Positions 1 through 11,101 of a stretch of 64,000 nucleotides of DNA are shown piece by piece. The stretch lies in assembly GCA_963768465.1 (NCBI GenBank), contig CAVYIA010000014.1, positions 25,341-89,340 on the forward strand, read 5' to 3'. This DNA is from an uncultured Thermoleophilaceae bacterium. Lineage in GTDB: Bacteria > Actinomycetota > Thermoleophilia > Solirubrobacterales > Thermoleophilaceae. Position numbers and translations under genes: made by a program. The notes under the pieces are model-generated. The model ran no database searches. It was given only the letters and a program-made list of their open reading frames with translations, and was not told where the DNA came from. How positions within the stretch are numbered: the stretch's first letter is position 1; each line of letters begins with the position of its first letter.

Positions 1-507
1 ATCTGGGCGATCCCGCGGACGTTCGGGCTCACCAACAAGTCGAACGCCGCCGACCTGCGCAACGCGTCCGTCCCCGAGCTCCACAAGGGCGACCTGGTCC
101 TGTCGATGCAACCCGAGCAGGGACCGCTGCTCGCGTACCACCTCGAGCGCCTGGGGGGCGCGCCCAAGCTCAAGTTCGCGAACGCGATGGGAGCGGTCGC
201 GAACGACCGGGTGATGGACTGGACCGACGGCTACGACCGCATGAAGGACGCCACCCCCGCGAAAAACCTGGAACCCCTGCTTGCTAGCCTTCCCGCCGGC
301 GGCCGGGTGCTCATCGTCCATCCCGTCACGACGCGGGTGGACGACTGGGACGCGCCATGGACCGAGCTCGTGAGGCGTCGCTCGGCCCAATGGGGGGAGG
401 CGCTGGCAACCGACAAGCGCTTCAAGCGGGTCGCGGTGGTCCCGCCCTTCTACCGCCGCGCCACCCGCATCGGAGTGCGCGGAGTCATCTACGAAAAGGC
501 GTCATGA
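1..507 (+). CDS. hypothetical protein, C-terminal part (5' end upstream of window)
   Basis: Frame 1 is open from nt 1 (IWAIPRTFGLTNKS..) into ORF-track 106..507. TGA 505-507 overlaps the next ATG (ATGA). No family recognised. Confidence 0.45.
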   Translation: MWAIPRTFGLTNKSNAADLRNASVPELHKGDLVLSMQPEQGPLLAYHLERLGGAPKLKFANAMGAVANDRVMDWTDGYDRMKDATPAKNLEPLLASLPAGGRVLIVHPVTTRVDDWDAPWTELVRRRSAQWGEALATDKRFKRVAVVPPFYRRATRIGVRGVIYEKAS

Positions 508-2028
508 GCGACCACAGCCGACAGACCGAGCTTGCCAATCCCGAGCTGCGCGAGAAGCCGACCGTCATCCTCGGCGCCGGCCCCGCGGGCCTGACCGCCG
601 GCTACCTGCTCGCGAAGAAGGGCCTCCCGGTCGTGATCCTCGAGGCCGAGGACCAGGTCGGCGGCATCGCCAAGACCGCGGTCCGGGACGGCTACCGCTT
701 CGACCTCGGCGGGCACCGCTTCTTCACCAAGGTGCAGGAGGTGGACGACCTCTGGCACGAGATCATGAAGGAGGAGTTCCTCAAGCGCCCGCGCATGTCG
801 CGCATCTACTGGCGCGACCGCCACGGCGAGGCGAAGTTCCTCGACTACCCGCTGCGCGGCCCGGACGTGATGAAGAAGCTCGGCCCGATCGACCTGACGC
901 GCGCGCTCGCCTCCTACCTGTGGGCGGCCGTCAAGCCGAAGGGCAAGGAGGAGACCTACGAGGAGTGGGTCTCGAACCGCTTCGGCCGCTTCCTCTTCAA
1001 CCAGTTCTTCAAGTCCTACACGGAGAAGGTCTGGGGCGTGCCCACCTCCGAGATCCGCGCCGACTGGGCCGCCCAGCGGATCAAGAACCTCTCGTTCTTC
1101 CGCGCCGCCTGGTCCGCGTTCTTCGGCAACCGCGGCGACAAGGTCACGAGCCTCATCTCGGAGTTCAACTACCCGCGCTACGGCCCGGGCCAGATGTGGG
1201 AGCAGATGACCACCGACATCGAGCAGCTCGGCGGCAAGGTCCTGCTCAACCACCGGGTCTCGAAGCTCGAGTTCGACGGCAACCGCTGCGTGCGCGTTCA
1301 CGTGTCGGACGGGCAGATCGTTCGAGCCGTCCGCGGTCATCTCGTCGCTGCCGCTGCGGAACACGGTCGGCATGGCCCAGCCGCAGCCGCGCAGCGAGGT
1401 CATCGCCGCCGCGCGCGGCCTCCGCTACCGCGACTTCCTCACGGTCTCGGTCGTGCTCGACGGCGAGGACCTCTTCCCGGACAACTGGATCTACATCCAC
1501 GACCCGAACGTGAACGTCGGGCGGATCCAGAACTTCCGCTCCTGGAGCCCCTGGATGGTCCCGGACCCGAGCAAGGCGTGCGTCGGGCTCGAGTTCTTCT
1601 GCTTCGCCGGCGACCGGATGTGGGAGATGGACGACCAGGACCTCGTCCAGCTCGGCATGCGCGAGCTCGAGCAGCTCGGGCTGGCGCGCAAGGAGCAGCT
1701 CGAGTTCGGCTTCGTCGTGCGCGTGCCCAAGGCGTACCCGATGTACGACGCCGACTACGCCGAGCGCGTCCACGACATCCGCTCGTGGCTCGACGGCCTC
1801 GACAACTTCATCCAGGTCGGCCGCAACGGCCTGCACCGCTACAACAACTCGGACCACTCCATGCTCACGGCCATGCGCGCCGTGGACAACCTCGTGAAGG
1901 GCACCGAGCACGACATCTGGGCCGTGAACGCCGAGTCGTCGTACCACGAGGAGGAGAAGCAGGACGAGCAGCAGCCCTACATCGAGGCTCCGGAGACGGA
2001 GTCGATGAAGGAGCCGCTGCACTCGTAG
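504..2028 (+). pseudogene. NAD(P)/FAD-dependent oxidoreductase (amine-oxidase-like fold); one frame break near 1315-1320
   Basis: ATG 504. Dinucleotide-binding motif VILGAGPAGLTAGYLLAKKG..LEAEDQVGG. Peptide runs from the 357..2105 frame (..HVSDGQI) into the 1372..2028 frame (FEPSAVISSLPLRNTV..GRNGLHRYNNSDHSM). Confidence 0.8.
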
Positions 2029-2295
2029 GGTCTGCCCGGGCGCTGCTGGCGTCGGGCTTGCGCTCCGGCGGCATTCCCGTCGAGACCTCACGGTCTTGCC
2101 GGTAACGCCCGCCGTCGCCGCCCTCCGACGAGCGCGGCTGCCGTCGCGGCCAGCTGCCGTGGCGCACTGCGCGTGCCCCGACTCAGATCGCGTCGCGCAC
2201 GCTGGTGACGTGCTCTGCGCGATGCTAAGCGGTCACCTGCGCGAGATGCGCCGAGCGCGTTCGCCACGGGGCTCGCCAAGTACGCCTTCAACCCG

Positions 2296-2670
2296 ATGGT
2301 CCGGACGCTCTTCCGGCTCGGTGTTCCGGTTCCCGGCACGGTGATCCTCGAGACCTCGGGTAGGAAGTCGGGCCTCCCGCGGCGCACGCCGGTCACGGAC
2401 GGCCTCGACGGGGATACGTTCTGGATCGTCGCCGAGCACGGACGCCGCGCGGCCTACGTCCTGAACATCGAGGCGAACCCGAGAGTGCGGATCCGCATCG
2501 GCCGGCGCTGGGTCGGAGGCAGCGCGCAGGTGCTGCCCGACGACGATCCCCAGGAGCGGCTGCGGGCGATCGGGCGAGCGCGGCGCCGGTCGGCCCTGAA
2601 CGTCGCCACGGTGCGGCTCATGCAGACGGACCTGATCACCGTCCGCGTGGACCTCGACGAGCGGCCCTAG
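2296..2670 (+). CDS. nitroreductase-family deazaflavin(F420)-dependent oxidoreductase (DUF385-like)
   Basis: Family-like peptide NPMVRTLFRLG..LETSGRKSGLPRRTPV..WIVAEHGRRAAYVLNIEANPRVRIRIG. The true start may lie upstream (ATG 2222 in another frame plus a break). 2296 is the conservative start. Confidence 0.65.
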   Translation: MVRTLFRLGVPVPGTVILETSGRKSGLPRRTPVTDGLDGDTFWIVAEHGRRAAYVLNIEANPRVRIRIGRRWVGGSAQVLPDDDPQERLRAIGRARRRSALNVATVRLMQTDLITVRVDLDERP

Positions 2671-4128
2671 CTACTCGTAGTACGGCAGCGGCCCGCCGGC
2701 CACGTCCAGCACCTGCTGGTAGAGCTCCTCGGCGAGCGCCTTGTTGTCCTTCAGGACGTCGAAGAACTCGTGGGGGTCCTGCTTGAGGTCGTAGAGCGAG
2801 CGCTCCTCGCCGCGGTTGTCGGCGATCAGGAGCCACTCGTCCGTGCGGATGTAGAAGCGGTTGTACATGCCCCCGTAGTGGAACGGCCGCTGCTTCTCGG
2901 GCTGCTCGCCGTCCATCAGCGGCGACAGGTCGAAGCCCTCGATCCAGTCGGGCCGGTCGATGCCGGCCAGCGACAGCAGCGTCGGTCCCACGTCGTGCGT
3001 GGACGCGAAGTAGGTGCTCACGTCGCCCGCGGCGCGCCCGTCGGGATGGACGACGATGAACGGGACCTGCGCCAGCTCGGGGTGCAGCTGCGAGGGGACC
3101 TTGCCGGTGAGGCCGCGCTCGCCGAGCAGGTAGCCGTGGTCGCTCAGGAGCAGGATGACCGTGTTCTCGTGCAGCTTCTTCTCGCGGAACGCCTCGAGGA
3201 AGCGGCCGAGCCAGTGGTCGGTCATGGTCACCTCGGCCGCGTACACGGCATGGAGGCGCCGCAGCTGCTCCTGGGTCAGGTAGTCGGAGCTCCCGTAGCG
3301 GGTGACGCCGATCTCGGGGCCCTCGTAGTCCGGGTCGCCGTACATGTCGATGTACTTCGGCGGCGGGCTCCACGGCTCGTGCGGGTCGAAGCAGTCCACG
3401 GTCATGCAGAACGGCTGGCGCACGACGGCGTCGTCGAGCACGTCGATCGCCTTCTTGTAGACGCGCGCCGCGCAGGTCTGCTCCTCGTCCACGCCGGCGC
3501 CCGTGTTGGCCAGGTACTTGCGCATGCCGGGCGTGTAGCGGTCGTCGCGGAGCACCGGCGGGAGCCAGTGGTTCACCGTCTCGATCGGCACGGTCTCCGG
3601 GGGCTTCACGAAGCCCGACTGGCCGACGATCGTGTCCCAGCGGTCGAACGTCTTGCGGAACGGCTCGTAGGGCTTGGTGAAGGCGAGGAAGGGGTTGTCG
3701 CTCACCTGCGCCGTCCAGTAGCCCGCGCGCTGGAACACCGAGGTGAAGGTGGTGTTGGCCGGATCCTCGATCGGGGCCCAGCCGGGGCTCACGCCGAGCT
3801 CGGGGTTCGGCACGAAGTTGCGGAACGGGAAGATCCGCCGGCTCGTGAAGATCGAGCGGCGCGCCGGGAGCGTGACCATCGCCTCGGGGAACGCCCGGTT
3901 GAAGCGCATGCCGAGCGCCGCGAGCGAGTCGATGTTGGGCGTGTGGATCTGCGGCGAGCCGTAGGCGCCCACGTGGTCGGGGCGCAGGCTGTCGATGATG
4001 AGCAGCAGGACGTTCGTGGGGTCGCTCGACCCCTCCGCGGTCACGTCGCAGCCCGCGTTCGAGAGCAGGGCCGCGCCCGCGGCGCCGGCGGCGCCGGCCT
4101 GGATGAACCGCCGCCGGCTCAGCGGCAT
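2671..4128 (-). CDS. sulfatase-family (alkaline-phosphatase superfamily) exported hydrolase/transferase with twin-arginine signal
   Basis: Internal Met gives MPLSRRRFIQAGAAGAAGAALL (Tat motif). Sulfatase N-terminal block LLLIIDSLRPDH..TPNIDSLAALGMRF..VTLPARRSIFTSR. Intact ORF. Confidence 0.8.
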   Translation of the reverse strand: MPLSRRRFIQAGAAGAAGAALLSNAGCDVTAEGSSDPTNVLLLIIDSLRPDHVGAYGSPQIHTPNIDSLAALGMRFNRAFPEAMVTLPARRSIFTSRRIFPFRNFVPNPELGVSPGWAPIEDPANTTFTSVFQRAGYWTAQVSDNPFLAFTKPYEPFRKTFDRWDTIVGQSGFVKPPETVPIETVNHWLPPVLRDDRYTPGMRKYLANTGAGVDEEQTCAARVYKKAIDVLDDAVVRQPFCMTVDCFDPHEPWSPPPKYIDMYGDPDYEGPEIGVTRYGSSDYLTQEQLRRLHAVYAAEVTMTDHWLGRFLEAFREKKLHENTVILLLSDHGYLLGERGLTGKVPSQLHPELAQVPFIVVHPDGRAAGDVSTYFASTHDVGPTLLSLAGIDRPDWIEGFDLSPLMDGEQPEKQRPFHYGGMYNRFYIRTDEWLLIADNRGEERSLYDLKQDPHEFFDVLKDNKALAEELYQQVLDVAGGPLPYYE

Positions 4129-4225
4129 GGCAGGCCCGTCTCCGGGGTCACTTGAGGGCGAGGAAGGCTCATCGGGAGCGGGCGGAGCGAGCAATCGAGC
4201 GTAGCGAACGCGTCCAGCCGCCGGC

Positions 4226-6117
4226 CTAAGTCTCGTCGCCCTCCACGCTCTCCTCGCGCGGGGCGAACGGCGGCAGCTCGCGCACCCTCGGGATCCGGAT
4301 CAGCGGGGCGCCGTAGCCCTGCCGGCAGTCGCGCAGCCTGTACAGGCGCACCGTCGGCCCCGGGCGCCGGTATGCGGTGGGGTAGTAGTTGTAGGAGAGG
4401 TCGAAGTTGAACGGCACGGGCCCGGCGCCGCGGTCGTAGGGGCTGAACTCGCGCACGAGGCGCGCGTCGCGGCGCAGGCGGTCGTAGTAGGCGCGCACGT
4501 CGGGGTCGCCGGTCTCGAGCGCTCGCTCGCGCACCACGTCGAGGGTCATGACGAGGCAGTAGCCGTAGCGGCGCAGGTCGTCGATCACGCTCGGGCGGAG
4601 CACGAGGTGGTACGCCGACGCGCGCACGCCGCCGTCGGGACGGGCGAACTGGCCGGGCTTGTACTGGGCGCAGACCCGCCGGCCGCCCGTGGCGGTGTAG
4701 GCGAACCCGGGCGCGCCCCAGCCCTCCTCGGCGGGGCAGCGCGCCGAGCCACGCGGGCAGCCGCCCGGAGGGGTTCGAGCGGTAGTAGCGCCCGGGCACC
4801 GCGGGCTCGATCGCCACGCGCAGCTCCGGCGGGTAGCGGTCCTCGAGCCAGTCGCGCGCCTGGACGCGGGTGTCCTCTCGTCCGAGCACGAGCGCGCTGC
4901 GCACGTCGGCCGCCACGGGCTGCGCGAGCGCCAGGGCGGCCAGGCCCGCGAGCGCGAGGCCGCGCCGCCGTGCCGGCACGGCCTCGGCCGCGCGCACGAG
5001 CGCGACCGCGGCCAGCATGGCGAGCACCGGGTACGCCGGCAGCAGCCAGCGGCCGAAGTAGCGCGCCTGGATGCTCAGGTAGGCGAACAGCGCGAGCGGG
5101 AGCGCCACCAGGATCAGGCCGCGCACGAGGTCGCGGCGCAGCTCGATCGCGGCGCCCGCGAGAGCGGCCAGCGCGGCCACCCAGCCGAGCCCCCAGGTGA
5201 GGCTGTCGAGGTAGTAGGCCACGCCGCCGTCCTCCTGGCCCGGCTTGGGCTGGTCCGAGGCCACCTGGGCCTGGTCGCGCAGGTCGTCCCACCAGGCGTC
5301 GAACGACCCGACCACGAACGGGTTGAGCGCCACGAACACCACCCCGGCCGCCGCGACGCCGAGCGCGAGGCCGCCCACCGACGCGGAGGCGGTCGGCCCG
5401 CAGGCGCGCGAGGGCGGCGATCGCGAGCGGCAGCAGCGCCAGCCCGGCCGTGTACTTGAAGGCGCCCGCGAGGCCGGCACCCGCGCCCGCGATCGCGTAG
5501 TCGCGCAGCCGGCCGTCCTCGTAGGCCCGGACGGCGCCGTAGAGCGCGACCGCCACGCCCGTGAGCGCGCCCACGTCGGTCACGGCCACGCGCGAGTAGG
5601 CGACCGGCAGGAAGGCGAACGAGAGCACCGCGGCCGCGACCAGGCCCTCGCGCACGCCCCAGAGCCGGCGCGCGGCCCAGTAGGTGGCCGCCACGCCCAC
5701 CATGCACAGGAACGCCGCAAGCGTCCGCGCCGCCTCCCAGATCTGGGTGGGGTCCTTGCTGAACTGCGCCGTCACGTTCCCGAACGGGAGGTCGAAGAGC
5801 GAGCCGAGCGGCCCGTACATCACCCGCAGCAGGCCGTAGAGGAGATAGGTGTAGGCGGCCGGGTTCTCGTAGTAGCCCGGGTCCAGGTCCTGCCAGAACA
5901 TCTCGACCGCCTGGTTGGCGAAATGCGAGCCCTCGTCGATGCTCCACACGTACGGCAGGCCGTAGTCGTTGTGCCACACGCGCAGGGCGAAGCCGGCGAC
6001 CAGGATCAGGGCGAGCAGCACCCGTGGCAGGACCCGTTGCACGCCGGGCAGCGTCAGTGGCTCGGCCGGGTGCGCACCATGATGGCTGCCCGCTGGTACT
6101 GTTGACTGGCGAGTCAA
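4226..6117 (-). pseudogene. GT-C fold membrane glycosyltransferase (family 39 / ArnT-PMT-like); two frame breaks (~5400, ~4750)
   Basis: Multi-TM N-terminus with WSIDEGSHFANQA..YYENPAAYTYLLYGL. Peptide continues through ORFs 4585..6117, 4119..5480 and 4226..4627. Confidence 0.65.
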
Positions 6118-6140
6118 CCGGGCTCGCGCGAACCCGCGAA

Positions 6141-7267
<1,127 letters not shown>

Positions 7268-7274
7268 GCGGCTG

Positions 7275-7859
7275 ATGTTCACGGGCCTGGTGGCGGACAA
7301 GGGCACGGTCGAGGCCGTGGAGCAGGACGGCCCCGGGGCGAGGCTGCGCGTGCGCACCCGCCTGGCCCCCGAGCTCGCGGGCGGCGACTCGATCGCGGTG
7401 AACGGCGTCTGCCTGACCGCGCGCGATCCCGACGGCGGCTCGTTCGCCGCGGACCTCATGGCGGAGACGCTCGAGCGCAGCTCGCTCGGCCCGCTCGCCG
7501 CGGGGGACGAGGTGAACCTGGAGCTCCCGCTGCGGGCCGGCGACCGGCTCGGCGGACACGTCGTGCAGGGGCACGTGGACGGGGTGGGGGAGGTCGAGCG
7601 GATCGAGGAGGCCGGCTTCGCGCGCGTCGTGCGCGTGGCCGCCCCCGCGGAGCTGCTGCGCTACGTGGTCGACAAGGGCTCGATCGCGGTGGACGGCGTG
7701 TCCCTTACCGTGACCGAGGTGGACGAGACGGGCTTCTCCGTGTCGCTGATCCCGGAGACGCTCGAGCGGACGACGCTCGGCTCGGCGGAGCCGGGGCGGC
7801 GTGTGAACCTGGAGGTGGACGTGTTTGCCAAGTACGTGGAAAAGGCGGTTGTGCGGTGA
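7275..7859 (+). CDS. ribE: riboflavin synthase (alpha chain)
   Basis: MFTGLVADKGTV..AVNGVCLT..GGHVVQGHVDGVG..VDGVSLTV. Intact. Confidence 0.9.
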   Translation: MFTGLVADKGTVEAVEQDGPGARLRVRTRLAPELAGGDSIAVNGVCLTARDPDGGSFAADLMAETLERSSLGPLAAGDEVNLELPLRAGDRLGGHVVQGHVDGVGEVERIEEAGFARVVRVAAPAELLRYVVDKGSIAVDGVSLTVTEVDETGFSVSLIPETLERTTLGSAEPGRRVNLEVDVFAKYVEKAVVR

Positions 7860-9169
7860 GCTCTCCCTTCAGCACCATCGAGGAGGCGATCGAGGACGTC
7901 CGGGAAGGCCGGATGGTCGTGGTCTGCGACGCCGAGGACCGCGAGAACGAGGGCGACCTCACGCTCGCGGCGCAGTTCGCCACGCCCGACGCGATCAACT
8001 TCATGGCCAAGCACGGGCGCGGGCTGATCTGCCTGGCGCTCACGCCCGACCGCTGCGACGAGCTCGGGCTCGACCTGATGGCCGCGAAGAACGAGTCGCC
8101 CTTCCAGACCGCGTTCACCGTCTCCGTGGAGGCTCGCGAGGGCATCACCACCGGGATCTCCGCGCACGACCGCGCGCACACGATCCAGGTGGCGATCGAC
8201 CCGAACGCGCGGCCCGCGGACCTCGTGCAGCCGGGCCACATCTTCCCGCTGAAGGCCAAGGCCGGCGGCGTGCTCGAGCGCACCGGCCAGACCGAGGCCG
8301 CGGTGGACCTCGCGCGGCTCGCCGGGCTGAACCCGTCCGGCGTGATCTGCGAGGTCATGAACGACGACGGGACGATGGCGCGCGTGGACGACCTCGTGGG
8401 CTACTGCGAGCAGCACGGCCTGAAGATGGTCACGGTGGCCGACCTGATCGCCTACCGGCGCCGCCACGACAAGCTCGTGGAGCGCGTGGCCGAGGCCCAG
8501 CTGCCCACCAAGTTCGGGGACTTCAACGTGGTCGGCTACCGCTCGCTGGTGGACGAGAAGCACCACGTGGCGATGGTCCGCGGCGAGATCGCCGGCGAGG
8601 AGGACGTGCTCGTCCGCGTGCACTCCGAGTGCCTCACCGGCGACGTCTTCCACTCGCTGCGCTGCGACTGCGGCCAGCAGCTGGAGGACGCGATGCTGCG
8701 CATCCACGAGGAGGGCCGCGGCGTGCTGCTCTACCTCGCCCAGGAGGGACGCGGAATCGGCCTGCTCAACAAGCTGCGCGCCTACCGGCTCCAGGAGGAG
8801 GGGCTCGACACGGTGGACGCGAACGTGCGGCTCGGGCTGCCCGCCGACCTGCGCGACTACGGCATCGGCGCGCAGATCCTCGTGGACCTCGGGCTCAGCT
8901 CCATCCGCCTGCTCACGAACAACCCCAAGAAGATCGTGGGGCTCGAGGGCTACGGCCTCACGGTCACCGACCAGGTGCCGATCGAGCACGCCCCGGGTGA
9001 GCACAACCGCGAGTACCTGCGCGCGAAGAAGGAGCGCATGGGGCACCTGCTGCACCACCAGGGCCTCGCGCTCGACGAGGAGATGATCCTCGAGGAGCGC
9101 ATCCAGGACCGCGAGCGGGCCGAGGAGGCCGACCTGTACGGCCAGGGCCCGGCGCCGCGCGGCGAGTGA
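7856..9169 (+). CDS. ribBA: bifunctional 3,4-dihydroxy-2-butanone-4-phosphate synthase / GTP cyclohydrolase II
   Basis: 437-aa intact ORF. DRENEGDL, GHIFPL, then the cyclohydrolase part VRVHSECLTGDVFHSLRCDCG. GTGA overlap with the ribE stop. Confidence 0.95.
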   Translation: MSSPFSTIEEAIEDVREGRMVVVCDAEDRENEGDLTLAAQFATPDAINFMAKHGRGLICLALTPDRCDELGLDLMAAKNESPFQTAFTVSVEAREGITTGISAHDRAHTIQVAIDPNARPADLVQPGHIFPLKAKAGGVLERTGQTEAAVDLARLAGLNPSGVICEVMNDDGTMARVDDLVGYCEQHGLKMVTVADLIAYRRRHDKLVERVAEAQLPTKFGDFNVVGYRSLVDEKHHVAMVRGEIAGEEDVLVRVHSECLTGDVFHSLRCDCGQQLEDAMLRIHEEGRGVLLYLAQEGRGIGLLNKLRAYRLQEEGLDTVDANVRLGLPADLRDYGIGAQILVDLGLSSIRLLTNNPKKIVGLEGYGLTVTDQVPIEHAPGEHNREYLRAKKERMGHLLHHQGLALDEEMILEERIQDRERAEEADLYGQGPAPRGE

Positions 9170-9613
9170 ATGACGAAGACGAAGCCGGACCGCTACGCGG
9201 CCTGCATCGGCCGCTTCTACGAGGACCTCGCCATGCGGCTCGAGTACGGAGCGCGGCTGGTCTTCGAGGAGGCGGGCGCCGAGGTCGACGTCTTCGACGT
9301 GCCCGGCGCGTTCGAGCTGCCGCTCGCCGCGAAGTTCTGCGCCGACTCGGGCCGCTACGCCGGCGTGGCGTGCCTCGGCGCCGTCATCCGCGGCGAGACC
9401 GACCACTACGACTACGTCTGCCGGGAGGCGGCCAGCGGCATCGCCCGCGTCTCGCTCGACACCGGCGTGCCGTGCTCCTTCGGCGTCCTCACCGTCGACA
9501 CCATGGAGCAGGCGCTCGCCCGCACCGGCGACGGCAAGCGCCACCAGGGCGAGGACGCCGCGCGCGCCGTGGTGCGGATGGCCGCGCTGGGGCGGGAGCT
9601 CGGATCCGCATGA
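9170..9613 (+). CDS. ribH: 6,7-dimethyl-8-ribityllumazine synthase
   Basis: VPGAFELPLAA..GAVIRGETDHYDYV..FGVLT. ATG directly follows the ribBA stop. Confidence 0.95.
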   Translation: MTKTKPDRYAACIGRFYEDLAMRLEYGARLVFEEAGAEVDVFDVPGAFELPLAAKFCADSGRYAGVACLGAVIRGETDHYDYVCREAASGIARVSLDTGVPCSFGVLTVDTMEQALARTGDGKRHQGEDAARAVVRMAALGRELGSA

Positions 9614-10623
9614 TCAACCTGTACAGCGACACGCAGACGCGGCCCAGCGACGGGATGAGGCAGGCGATCGCGTACGCCGAGGTCGGCGACGAGCAGCGCA
9701 AGGAGGATCCGACCACCACCCGGCTCCAGGAGCGCGTGGCGGAGCTGCTCGGCCACGAGGCCGGCCTGTTCCTCCCCAGCGGGACGATGTGCAACGGGAT
9801 CGGCTTCCGCCTCCACGTCCGCGCCGGCGGCGACGAGCTCCTGCTGCACAAGTGGTCGCACCCGATCGTGGCCGAGGCGGGCGGGCCGGCCGAGCTGGCC
9901 GGCGCGATGGTCAACCGCCTCGACGGCGAGGGCGGGATGTTCACCGCCGAGCAGGTGGAGGAGGCGCTCTGGCCCGACGACCGCTACATGCCGCGCTCAC
10001 GGGTCGTGTCCGTCGAGCAGACCACGAACATGGGCGGCGGCCGCGTCTGGCCGCTCGAGCAGATGCGGGAGGTGCTCGGCGTGGCGCGCGAGCACGGCAT
10101 GCGCGCACACCTGGACGGCGCGCGCCTCCTCAACGCCGTGGTCGCCTCCGGCGTCTCGGCGGCCGACTACGCGTCCGGCTTCGACACCGCCTGGCTCGAC
10201 TTCTCGAAGGGGCTCGGGGCGCCGGTGGGCGCCGTGCTCTGCGCCTCGCGCGAGCTGATCGACGAGGCCTGGCGCTGGAAGCAGATGCTCGGCGGCTCGA
10301 TGCGCCAGTCCGGCGTGCTCGCCGCCGGCTGCCTGTACGCGCTCGACCACAACGTCGACCGGCTCGCGGAGGACCACGAGAACGCACGCGTGCTGGCCGA
10401 CGGCCTGCGCGAGCTCGGCGTGGAGGTCCTGCCGCAGGAGACGAACATCGTGATCGCCGCGGTGCCCGACCCCGCGGCCGTGATCGCCGCGATGGCGGAC
10501 GCGGGCGTCCGGATCAGCTCGGCCGGACGCGGGCGGATCCGCTTCGTGACGCACCTGGACGTGGACCGTGCCGGCGTGGAGTCGGCGCTCGGCGCGTTCC
10601 GCGAGGTGCTGGCCGCCGCCTGA
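9610..10623 (+). CDS. ltaE: low-specificity L-threonine aldolase (PLP-dependent)
   Basis: MINLYSDTQTRPS..GDEQRKEDPTT..LPSGTMCN..DGARL..FSKGLGAP. ATGA overlap with the ribH stop. Intact. Confidence 0.85.
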   Translation: MINLYSDTQTRPSDGMRQAIAYAEVGDEQRKEDPTTTRLQERVAELLGHEAGLFLPSGTMCNGIGFRLHVRAGGDELLLHKWSHPIVAEAGGPAELAGAMVNRLDGEGGMFTAEQVEEALWPDDRYMPRSRVVSVEQTTNMGGGRVWPLEQMREVLGVAREHGMRAHLDGARLLNAVVASGVSAADYASGFDTAWLDFSKGLGAPVGAVLCASRELIDEAWRWKQMLGGSMRQSGVLAAGCLYALDHNVDRLAEDHENARVLADGLRELGVEVLPQETNIVIAAVPDPAAVIAAMADAGVRISSAGRGRIRFVTHLDVDRAGVESALGAFREVLAAA

Positions 10624-10651
10624 GGTGGCCGTCTATATAGAGTCGCCCGCC

Positions 10652-11101
10652 ATGGGGATGATCAAGGGTGACCGCAGTGTCGAGATCGACGCGCCGATCG
10701 AGCGCGTGTACGAGATCGCGGCAGACATCGAGAACGCAGCCGACTGGCAGGGTTCGCTGAAGGACGTGGAGGTGCTCGACCGCGACGCCGAGAAGCGGCC
10801 GCAGCGGGTCCTGACCGAGTCCGACGCGAAGGTCAAGACGGTCAAGGCGACGCTGCGCTTCTCGTACGAGCCGCCCACGGCCATCCGCTGGGTCCAGGAG
10901 AAGGGCGACACGAAGTCGCTGGTCGGCTCCTGGGCCTTCGAGGACCTGGGCTCAGGCCTGACGCGCGCGACCTACGCGCTCGAGGCGGACCCCGGCCGCA
11001 TGCTCGGCATGCTGCTGCGCGGCCCCGCCGAGACGGCGGTGCGCGACTTCCTCCTGGGGAACGCCGCCGACGGCTTGAAGCAGAAGGCCGAGACGGCCTA
11101 G
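10652..11101 (+). CDS. SRPBCC family (polyketide cyclase/dehydrase-like) protein
   Basis: MGMIKGDRSVEIDAPIERVYEIAADIENAADWQ.. is a typical SRPBCC N-terminus. Intact. Confidence 0.7.
   Translation: MGMIKGDRSVEIDAPIERVYEIAADIENAADWQGSLKDVEVLDRDAEKRPQRVLTESDAKVKTVKATLRFSYEPPTAIRWVQEKGDTKSLVGSWAFEDLGSGLTRATYALEADPGRMLGMLLRGPAETAVRDFLLGNAADGLKQKAETA

Noticed and set aside
6118-6140. FMN riboswitch expected upstream of the rib operon
   Set aside because: Only 23 nt separate the divergent glycosyltransferase start from the ribD ATG. There is no room for an RFN element and none of its conserved boxes were seen.
7661-9544. Very long antisense ORFs (for example 7661..9544 -, 13806..16082 -, 22244..23653 -, 23650..25434 -, 39411..41213 -, 44784..46502 -)
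   Set aside because: These are shadow frames of well-supported genes (ribBA, recG, smc, ilvD, epimerase) in GC-rich DNA. Their translations are Arg/Ala/Gly/Pro-rich with no family-like motifs. Stop codons are simply rare at this GC content.
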